Shown here piece by piece: positions 42,970 to 52,224 of a DNA stretch of 64,000 nucleotides (the stretch's first letter is position 1; each line of letters opens with the position of its first letter). The stretch spans positions 4,154,001-4,218,000 of the forward strand of contig CAKKNE010000003.1 of assembly GCA_918797485.1 (NCBI GenBank), written 5' to 3'. The position numbers were made by a program, and so were the translations under genes. The stretch comes from Pelagomonas calceolata (lineage: Eukaryota). The notes beneath the pieces were generated by a model that was given only the letters and a program-made list of their open reading frames with translations, was not told where the DNA came from and made no database searches.

Positions 42970-45627
42970 ATGACGCGCACGCTCCTGTACGTGCTCCTCC
43001 TCGGCGCGACCGCGGCGCTACGTCAGAAAGGCCCCCTCGGCATCAGCCGAGGCGGCAAGGGCTCCGTCGGCCTCGAGCAGCTCGAGGAGCTCGTCGACGT
43101 CGTCGAGAGCAGCACAACTCCGTTAGAGGACCCGCCGGACGACGACGACGAGGATTTGAGACCGGACGATGCCTGGCGCACGCTCGTGCAGGTCTGGAAA
43201 GGAAGACTAGAGCGAGGCGTGGAGGACGCACACCCGTCGCGCTCACGATTTCTCTCTGAATTATCCGCAAAAAACGACAACTCCACAGCAAGGTTATTAC
43301 AACCGCAGCGCGCGGCAACGTTATTGGGTACAGCAAGGATGGCCTTCCGGCGGCGCAGTCTCGCTCCACACTTGAGGAGATTGCCGCGGTGCTCCGCTGG
43401 TGTGCGACTGCGCTGCGAGGACGCGCCCCCGGCGGTCCACGAAGCGCTAGCTGTCGCCTTAGCGGACGCGTCGAACGCGCGCTGCGTCGTTGTCGATGAG
43501 GCGCAATTAAGGCGAGTCCGCAAGTTGGCCATCGAGCGGTCGTCGGGCAAGCAGCGAGGCCCGTCGCGGGAACGGTTGGTCCGAGCCCTGCTAGCAGCTG
43601 CAAGGGATTTAGATGAGCCCACCGTCATCATCTTCCGGGACAATGGTGGTTGTGTTTTTAGAAGCCGAGGGGCCTGTAGGGCTTGTCTCGACGACCTCAG
43701 GGACGAAAAGGCACGTACTCTACTCGTCTTCCTGGCGACCGACGACGACGCCCCTCGCGTACGTAGAAAACAACCGGCGCCGCAGCAGCGGCCGCTGCCG
43801 CCGCCGCCGTCGATACGGGACGAGGGCTTCGACGCGGAAGCGACCACGGGCGGCAACGAGACGTCCTCCTTCGAAGGGGCTTTACGAGACCTGGCTCGCA
43901 GGGTCGCGGAACAAGCTAGACGCGCGGCGGACGATGAAGACCTCGATGGAAGAGGGCGCGAGTACCTCTCTGCATTGGAAGAAGCTCTGTCTGACGAAGG
44001 TTTGGTGAAAGCTTTGGCGGACCAGTGCGCTCCATTATTAGATGACCCGGGCGTCGCCGTGCACGTCGCCTTGAGCGTCGGACGGCCGGTGAACGCGGAA
44101 GGGCAACCAGAAGCTCCCCAGACGGCCCTCGAAGCGACGCTCGACGCGCGGCCGCCGTCCCAGCCGTCGGGGCCCTCCTTACGAGTGCCCGCGTCGCTCA
44201 TGCGGTGGATGGGCCTGCGGCCGCGGGAAGAAACGACGCCTCCTCCCCAGAAGAAGAGCGACGACGAGGATCCCGCCCAGGCCCTCGCCGAGGCCCTGGA
44301 CGATGTGGTCGTGGGATCGCCCGTCGCCGCGGTCGCCGCATCCGAGTGGGCGGCTTGGTTACGCGAAGAAGTACAACTAGCGACGCGCGACGCGAACGGC
44401 AAGCGACTTGCGGCGCACCTGCGACGGAGTGCGTTGGATGCGGATCTCCACAAACTAGGCCACCTGCTCGGGGCCAAGCTGCTGACGGACGAGGATTGTA
44501 GAATAGTTGCGCTCGACGCTCTCAAGGTCGAGTTAGCACGAAAAACGGAACCGCGCTACACCTCCGATGTCCTCGAGCTCGCCCCGGCCTCGCTAGCCCT
44601 CGCGCTATCATCCAGTCCAAAGCAGGAAGATCTGGAGACAGAACAACTAGATAAACATGAAAAAGCTTTATTATCGCAAGTGGTAAAACCGCAAGATGTT
44701 GCTGTGGCCTTCGACTCGATCGGTGGTTTAGATGATGCCAAAAAAGCTCTAAGGGAGGCCATCACCTACCCCCTCAAGTACCCTTCACTCTACCAGGACG
44801 GCGTCGCGCGGGAAGCGTGCAAGGGCGTGCTGCTCTTCGGCCCTCCGGGCACCGGGAAGACCATGCTCGCGAAAGCAGTGGCCACCGAGGGCGGCGCCGC
44901 CTTTTTAGCGATCGACGCGTCGTCCATCGAGAACAAGTGGCTCGGCGAGAGCGAGAAGAACGCGAAGGCCGTCTTTTCTTTGGCGCGGCGGCTGGCGCCT
45001 TGTGTGGTTTATATCGACGAAGTGGATGCTGTTCTTAGTAGTAGAGAAGGCGGCGACGACACGTCGCACGGCACGCTGACTTCCGTCAAGACGACGCTCA
45101 TGCAGGAGTGGGATGGATTAAGGACGACGCAGGACCGCGTCGTCGTGATCGGGTCGACGAACCGGCCCTACGACCTGGACGAGGCTGTTCTCAGAAGGAT
45201 GCCGCGGCGCATACTCGTTGATCTTCCGGATCTACAAACTAGAGAAGAGATCCTGCGAGTTACTTTGCGGGACAATGCCGTCGACGACGACGTGGACCTG
45301 ACGCGCCTCGCGAAGAAGTTAGATGGGTATTCCGGAAGCGACTGCAAGGAGATCTGCCGCGAGGCGATCGTGCGGATCAGCCACGAGCACGCGCGCAGAC
45401 TGGACGCGCTGTCGGCGTCGGACGAGTTGGATGGAGCTTGTGTGGCGGCCTTGGACCCGCCGCCCTTGCGGGCGGCGTCCATGGCCGACTTCGAGAAAGC
45501 GATCGAGCGGCTCTCGGCGAGCGTTGCGGAACAGGGGCCCGAGATGGGGAAAGTTCAGGAGTGGAACGCGCAGTACGGCGAGGTCAAGGGGAAAAGGAAC
45601 GCTGCGCCCAGCTCGCTATATTTGTAA
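42970..45627 (+). CDS. MSP1/spastin-like AAA+ ATPase with an N-terminal signal peptide
   Basis: Walker A GPPGTGKT, Walker B VVYIDEVD, SRH TNRPYDLDEAVLRRMPRR, and C-terminal WNAQYGE. Confidence 0.9.
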   Translation: MTRTLLYVLLLGATAALRQKGPLGISRGGKGSVGLEQLEELVDVVESSTTPLEDPPDDDDEDLRPDDAWRTLVQVWKGRLERGVEDAHPSRSRFLSELSAKNDNSTARLLQPQRAATLLGTARMAFRRRSLAPHLRRLPRCSAGVRLRCEDAPPAVHEALAVALADASNARCVVVDEAQLRRVRKLAIERSSGKQRGPSRERLVRALLAAARDLDEPTVIIFRDNGGCVFRSRGACRACLDDLRDEKARTLLVFLATDDDAPRVRRKQPAPQQRPLPPPPSIRDEGFDAEATTGGNETSSFEGALRDLARRVAEQARRAADDEDLDGRGREYLSALEEALSDEGLVKALADQCAPLLDDPGVAVHVALSVGRPVNAEGQPEAPQTALEATLDARPPSQPSGPSLRVPASLMRWMGLRPREETTPPPQKKSDDEDPAQALAEALDDVVVGSPVAAVAASEWAAWLREEVQLATRDANGKRLAAHLRRSALDADLHKLGHLLGAKLLTDEDCRIVALDALKVELARKTEPRYTSDVLELAPASLALALSSSPKQEDLETEQLDKHEKALLSQVVKPQDVAVAFDSIGGLDDAKKALREAITYPLKYPSLYQDGVAREACKGVLLFGPPGTGKTMLAKAVATEGGAAFLAIDASSIENKWLGESEKNAKAVFSLARRLAPCVVYIDEVDAVLSSREGGDDTSHGTLTSVKTTLMQEWDGLRTTQDRVVVIGSTNRPYDLDEAVLRRMPRRILVDLPDLQTREEILRVTLRDNAVDDDVDLTRLAKKLDGYSGSDCKEICREAIVRISHEHARRLDALSASDELDGACVAALDPPPLRAASMADFEKAIERLSASVAEQGPEMGKVQEWNAQYGEVKGKRNAAPSSLYL

Positions 45628-45650
45628 GGAGTCTTATGCCGCTTCGTAGA

Positions 45651-48600
45651 CTATCCATACCACTTCCGCGTCCTCGCCTTGGTTGCAGTCGGCCCCGGTG
45701 CCACGCCCTGGTCGTCGAGGAAGGCCGTCGTCACGGGCCCGAAGGACTTCCAATTCGCGAGCGCCTCCGGTGTCGCCGGGTACGCGCCGTGCGTCTTTTT
45801 CAGCGCCGCGCGCGCCGGTGCGCCGTACCACGTCCGCATCGGCTCGAAGACCGTGTTGATCCTGTTGTTCTTCGCCGCTTCGGCGCCTCCCTTGACCGCC
45901 GGCGACGCGCTCGAGGCGCCCGCCTGGGCAGGCCGCGCGTCGGCGGGCGACTTTGCCGCGGCCTCATCCGACTGCGCCGCCCGGAACATGTTCATGACGG
46001 AGCTGGCCAGAGACTGTGAGGACCCTTGACCGCTAGCGACGCTGGCGGGCGGAGGCGCGTCGCCGGCCGTGGGCGAGCTGGCGCTCCAGGGGCGGCTGAT
46101 CGAAGAAGGGCGACGCGGCGTCGTCGCCTGGAGTTCCTTGCAAATGTCGGCGAAGCTCGGGCGAGCGTCCGGGTCCTGGGCCCACGCGCGTTCCATGAGA
46201 GAGCTGAGGTCGCGGGGCATGGACTTTGGTACGTCCAGCCTCTGTTCCTTGATGAGCTTGTAGAGAATTTGTTGCGGCTTGAGTCCCGCCCAGGGGATCC
46301 CACGGTCGTAAATCTCCCACAGGACGACCGCATAGCTGTAGACGTCACTCTTCTCCGTGAAGGTGTTGTCGTCGAATAATTCCGGCGCCATGAACGCGGG
46401 CGTCCCCGCGACGCTGTCTCTCATCGTCGCGGTCGTCGTGAACGTCTTCAGCTCCTCGCAGCGAGAGAGCCCAAAGTCGGTCACCTTGCACCGCCCGTCG
46501 TGCGTGAGCAGCACCTGTGTGGAAATCAAAATTTTACGGCGCTGCCAGCACGGCCGATTCCTCGCCGCTCGACGGAGCCAGCACGGCCGCGTCATCACCG
46601 AGAAATGACTTAGTGAAGAATTATCGGGTGCACGCGACACACTGGTTGATTTCCACACAGAGCAGCACGTTGTGGGTCTTCAAGTCGCGATGCTCGATCT
46701 TGCAGCTATAGAGGTGCGCCATGCCCAGCGCCACGTCCGCCGTCCAGAAGCGCTGGTACTCCGGCGTGATCACCTCGTCGTCGCGGTCGAGCGCGTGCCG
46801 CAGCGATCCGCCGGGCAGATACTCCATCACGAGGCCGAGGAAGGTAGGGTTGGTGGTGACGACGCCGAGGACCTGGACCGTGCGCGGATGCCGCAGGCGG
46901 ATCATGATCCCTAGCTCGGTTTTGAACGACGAGAGCATCTTCGTGCGCTTGACGGCCGGGACCCCGACCATGCTGATTTTCTTCAGGCAAACAATCTCTC
47001 CGCCCAGGTAGCCGCGAAAGACCGCCCCCTGGCCACCCTCCGCGAAAGGCAGTTCCTCCACGTCCTCGAGCTCGAGCTCGGACTGCCCCAAGGCCGCCTC
47101 TTTCATGCGCTTGACCAGTTCCCGCGACTTCGTCTTCCGCAGCGCCCCGCCGAGCTCGTGGACGTTTCGTCGGATAGACGCGTTGCGGTCGTTGCCAGCC
47201 GCGATGGCCGCCAGGATCCGCTTGTCGCGCGCCGCGCCCGCCTGGACGGCCGCCATGAGCTTCTCGTCGCGTCCCACGCCGGCTTTGACGGCGACAAGGA
47301 TCGACTTGAGCTGCTGCTTGTCCATAGTTCTACCATCCAGCCTGCGCGCAAATCAACCAGTGAGTCGGGTGCACCCGATAATTCTTCACGGAGTCCTTTA
47401 TCGGCGAGAACGCGGCCGTGCTGGCTGAATCGAGCGGTGAGAGACCACGCCGCCACGCGATGGCCTTCGAGACGCGCCGCGACAATTTGATTATGCACTG
47501 CATCCAGCATTTTGTTCATCTTCTTGTCCAACTTGCTCAGGCCCTCCTTCACTTCGAGCTTGAACTCGCGCATCTCGACCGCGATCTCCGTCGGCGGCAC
47601 GCGCGCGTCGACCGCGACCGACGTGATCGCGACGGCGTCCTCCGAGAGCGCCGCCGCCGCCTCCTCCTCGGATTCCCCTTTCTCGACGACGCGCTTCGCG
47701 ACGAGCGCCGCGATGGACTGCTCGATCTGGTACGTTCGCTCCATGAGCTGAAAGTCCATGGCCAACCGGTAGCTCAGCCGGAGGACGCCCAGCTGCTCGA
47801 CGATGCGCGTGTCGATGCGACCCAGCTTCTTGACGTGGCTCTGCATCGTGAACGCGCGCTTGAGCCAGCCCTTCTGCCCGAACGCGCGCACGGCCACGTG
47901 GAATTCCTTCATTAAGTCGATGAGCCGCTGCATGTTCGCTTGGGCAATATCTTTGCCGTCTGAGCACTTCGAGACGTTCTTCGACATGAGATCAACCACG
48001 TCCAGGACGTCGATGACGCGCCGTGCCGCAACGAGGACGTCGTCGGCCTTTTCGCTGAACTCCTCGACGTCGCCGAGAATCCCCTTGGCGACCCGGCACA
48101 GCGGTCCGATGAGCGGCAAGCCGCTCGCAGCGGAGAGCAGGGCCGAGGTCACCGTCATGCCTCTCTCGACGACAGCCGTCGTCTCCTTGTGCCGCACGAG
48201 CATCGTGGAGCGGTCGTTGCCTTCCTCGAGCTCGATGTCGCCGAGCTCCACATCGCCGCTGAGAGCCATTGGTTTCTTATTCGCCGCCGAACCTTTGCCG
48301 CGGCGGTAGAAGAAGAAGGCGGCGGCAGCCAGCAACAGGATGGCACCCGCGGCAGCTCCGCCACCAGCAACTATCACGCCGCCGTCGCTACCCCCACCGG
48401 AGCCCCCGGAGCTCGTCGACTCGGAGGAGCTTTCGGCGCTGCCGATCGCGCCGTCGGGCGTAGGTCTTGGGGTCGGCCTCGAAGTGGGAGCCCCGATGGG
48501 CCTCGGCGTCGTGACGACGAACGTATAACTCGCCGCCTCGATCGCCGCTTGCGTCGCTTCGACGTCCATGGTCACGGCGGCGAACGAGGGATCCGAGGCC

Positions 48601-51443
48601 TGCAGCGTGGCCAGGAAACTGCCGTCGTAGACCGCCAACGTCATAGCGTCCATGGACTGTTCCAGCAATTCCGCCGAGACTTGTTCGCCGTTATCCGTGC
48701 CGTCGACGCGCGCGACGCCCGTGTACGAGATTTCGATTTCGACGCCATCGCCGCTATCCACGCCCGGCGTCGGCATCCCCCGCGTCGGCGCCAAGGTCGG
48801 CGCCAAGGTCGGCGAATACGTCGTTCGTAAGCGCCGCCGCTGCCGCTCGGCGGCCTCGATGTCGATGATCTCTTCAAAAAGACCGCCGGTACTGTCTATG
48901 ATCGACTGCGCAAACGAAGCTTGCATGCCGTCCTTGTCGGCATTGAAAATGACGGTGACGATGCCCTCGAGCGTCACCGACGAAGTAATCTGGACGGCCG
49001 TCTGGGTCGGCGTCGGGGCCGACGTCGTCGGCGCCGTGGTAGGCGCTGGAGAAGGCCTTGGCGTTGGTCTGGGCGTCGGCAGCTGCGTCGGACTTCCGGG
49101 CACCGGTGACGGAGCGGGCGTCGGTTGAGGGGTCGGGCGCGGCGTCGGCCTGGGCGTCGGATTTGGGGTCGGCCTGGGCGTCGGCGCGAAAACGGGCGCT
49201 TTCGTCGGAATGGGCGTCGGAATGGGCGTCGGCCTTGGAGTCGGTCTGATGGTCGGGCGTGGCGACGGCTGAGGGAACGTCGGCCGCGGAGATGGCTGAG
49301 GTGTTGTCGGGCGCGGCGTTGGTTGCGGAACCGGCAGCGGCGTCGGGCGCGGCGTCGGCCGCCGTGAGGGTTGAGGCGTCGGCCTGGGCGTCGGCCGGTT
49401 GCTGGGCGCTGGCGTCGGAGGCGCTGTTGGCCGTGGAGTTGGACTTGGAAACGTCGGGCGCGCGGTCGGCCGCGGCGTAGGCATCGACGTCGGCTTCGGC
49501 GTCGGGCGCTGAGTAGGCTTCGGCGTCGGCCGAAATGTGGGGCGCGGCGTCGGCTTTGGCGTCGGACAGTCGGCGACATTTGCAACTTGCACGACGCCGC
49601 ACGACGTCGACTCGCACTTGGCCTCCTCGAACGCGTCGTCCAGGTCCACATCGTCGTCCACGCACCAGCCGAGGTTCTGGTCGAAGGCCGAGGCATATTT
49701 GAACATTTCGAACATATCTAGGACCTGCTCGACGCTCCAGCTGCCTATGTCCTGATTAAATGACGAGGCGCCGCTGAACATATTCTCCATGCTCTTGACG
49801 CCCGAGGTGTCCCACGCGCCGATGTCCTGGTTAAAGGACGAGGCTTCCTCGAACATACTCTCCATGCTCTTGACGCCCGAGGTGTCCCACGCGCCGATGT
49901 CCTGGTTAAAGGCCGAGGCGTCGTGGAACATGCCCTCCATCGTCGTGACGCCAGAGGTGTCCCACGCGCCGATGTCTTGATTAAAGGCCGACGCGTAGCC
50001 GAACATCCATTCCATGCTTCTGACGCCGGAGGTGTCCCACGCGCCGATGTCCTGGTCGAAGGCCGAGGCGTCGCGGAACATGTAGTCCATCCTTGTGACG
50101 CCGGAGGTGTCCCACGCGCCGATGTCCTGGTCGAAGGCCGAGGCGTCGCGGAACATGTAGTCCATCCTTGTGACGCCGGAGGTGTCCCACGCGCCGATGT
50201 CCTGGTCGAAGGACGAGGCTTCGTCGAACATCTCCGCCATGCTCTTGACGCCCGAGGTGTCCCAATTACCGATGTCCTGGTTAAAGGCCGAGGCGCCTTG
50301 GAACATCCCGCTCATCGCTGCGCCAGAGGTGTCCCACGCGCCAATGTCCTGGTTGAAGGCCGAGGCGTCGCGGAACATCTCGCTCATGTCCGTGACGCTG
50401 TGGACCGCCCAGCCACTGATGTCCTGGTCGAAGGCCGAGGCGCCGGCGAACATCCCGCTCATATCCGTGACCTTGTCAACCCGCCAGTCGTTCAGCGGTT
50501 GGTCGAACGCCGAGGCGCTTTCGAACATGTAGACCATATCCCTGACGTTTCCTACGCTCCAGCCGCCAATGTTCTGATTGAACGACGAGGCGTCGTAGAA
50601 CATGTAGTCCATCCTTGTGACGCCGGAGGTGTCCCACGCGCCAATGTCCTCGTTGAAGGACGCCGCTGCTTCGTTGCAAAACGTTTCGTCCATGTCTGCG
50701 CAAAATAAGTACGACATGTCCGTCACCCCCGATGTGTCCCAAGTCGAAATGTGGCCGTAGTCCGCCTCGACGACGGCGCGGTCGTCAAACCACGCAATAA
50801 TAGTAGGTCTAATCAAGACGTCGTCCATGACGTAGCCCGACGCGCCGTGGTCGTGTCCGTCGTCGAGGCGGCGGCGGCCGTGGTCGTGGCCGTCGTGCCC
50901 GCCGCCGCCCTCCTCGACGAGCGGCTCGACGTCCTCGCCCGCCGCGTCCTGGAGGTAGTGCATGTCGTTCTCGAACTCCGTGGGCACGTGCTCCGCGAAG
51001 ACGTAGCCCCTGAGCTTGCGCCGCGTCCGAGAAAATTTAATGTCGTCCGAGAACGGCGCGACGGACGCGTTTGCCGGTCCGGCCGCGGCGAGTCTCGCCG
51101 TCGAGGCCAGCAGCACGCCGACGAGGCGTGCGTTCCAGCCCGAGCGCCTCGCGGAGCTTCCAAAGGTATTGAGGGCCGCAGCGAGCGCTGACAGCGCGCC
51201 GACGACGCAGAAAAAGGCCCAGACGCACGCCGAGGCGGCAGCGGCGCCCAGCGACCGCCAGCTGTTGTCCTCGCCCAGGCTCATCGCAGGCGCCGCGCCG
51301 AGCAGCAGCCCGGACCACTCGTCAAAGCAGCGCGTCGCCGTCGCGCGCGCCGCGAACGCCCAAAACGCCGCCGCGGCGCCGCCCTTCAGCGTGGAATTCC
51401 AAATCTGACTGCAGAGGCCGCCCTCCTTCCCGGGCGCCGCCAT
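45651..51443 (-). CDS. Receptor kinase, ~1823 aa: hydrophobic leader, His-rich segment, DUF285 repeats, Pro/Thr stalk, SEA-like juxtamembrane domain, TM, MLKL-like helical domain, TKL kinase, conserved C-terminal domain. Exons 51443-47509, 47341-46669, 46514-45651
   Basis: Removing two introner introns gives one 5472-nt frame. Kinase motifs [31 protein letters not shown] and [24 protein letters not shown]. Confidence 0.85.
46515..46660. mobile_element. Young introner MITE (minus-strand GT-AG intron 46668-46515)
   Basis: Perfect 15-bp TIR ctgtgtggaaatcaa / ttgatttccacacag and perfect 8-bp TSD agcagcac; splits [11 protein letters not shown]. Confidence 0.95.
47342..47500. mobile_element. Introner MITE (minus-strand GC-AG intron 47508-47342)
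   Basis: Perfect TSD catccagc. Internal sequence (gtgcacccgataattcttcac) is homologous to the 46515 element but inverted. Confidence 0.92.
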
Positions 51444-51983
51444 CGTTTGGCCCGGCGCGGCGTCGGGGCGGTAGACAGCGTGCCTGTGCCCGCTGTGCTG
51501 TGCTCCAATGGAGCTTCTGATGCGCGCGACGGCTGCGCGGGGCCTTTTTTCTCGCTGAGGTGCTGTAGGGCTGCCTTTTGGTAGCGCCCCGTTCACGTAT
51601 TCCAATTTGCGGCGTGAATTTGCGCGAGACTTGTATCAGCGCACGGCGCTGATCCTGATCATCGTGACGTCGGGAACGCGACGAACACGGGTCCGCGAAG
51701 GCTCAGCGGACGCCTACGCCCGGCCGCAACGAAATAACTCGCTGTTTTTCCCGGCTCGCGGGACTCGGCGGGAGAGACAACTCCAAAAAAAGATCCACAA
51801 AAGACAAAACATTACCGCGGCCGCCGCCAGGCCCGCCCCCGCGCCGCGGGCCACGGCGGCAGAGTGGAGGCGAGCCGCGCGTTCAGGAGAGCGACCGCCG
51901 CGCAAACGGCGAACGCGAGGCGCCCCCGCCGCAGAAAGGGGGGCAGCCCCGAGGGCCCCGCACTCGCCGCGAAGAGGCTTCCC
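50880..51983. repeat. Segmental duplicate of ~56520-57617 (receptor leader + upstream region + MFS 3' end)
   Basis: High nucleotide identity by eye; ends abruptly at gaagaggcttccc (51983 / 57617). Confidence 0.9.
51812..51983 (-). pseudogene. Duplicated 3' end of the MFS transporter gene
   Basis: [37 protein letters not shown]... is nearly identical to the end of 57446-58813. Confidence 0.85.
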
Positions 51984-52174
51984 TCGTCGTCAACAAGGTC
52001 GACCTCGCGCCGGCCGTCGGCGCGGACCTGGACGTGATGCGCCGCGACGCGCTCAAGATGCGCGGCGCCGGGCCGACCGTCTTCGCCGCCGTGAAGCACG
52101 GCGACGGCCTCGACGCGATCATCGGCGAGATCTTCGCCGCGCAGCGGCGCGCGCTGGCGGCGGCGGCGGAGTAG
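51983..52174 (+). pseudogene. ureG: Orphan 3' fragment of the urease accessory GTPase UreG
   Basis: [47 protein letters not shown]...*; no ATG or P-loop upstream. Confidence 0.88.
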
Positions 52175-52224
52175 GCACACGCGATTACTTTTGTACATAG
52201 TCAAAAAAGGGGGGGGAGGTGATA

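Noticed and set aside
43023..44525. Long antisense ORFs (also 3201-4193, 39270-40106 and many Arg/Pro/Ala-rich ORFs)
   Set aside because: These are shadow frames of real genes, expected at high GC, and carry no domain signal.
49590..50700. 75-bp periodic repeats with variable intervals as a CRISPR array
   Set aside because: The repeats are in-frame codons of a DUF285 protein, the variable parts are related to one another, no cas genes are present, and the host is eukaryotic.
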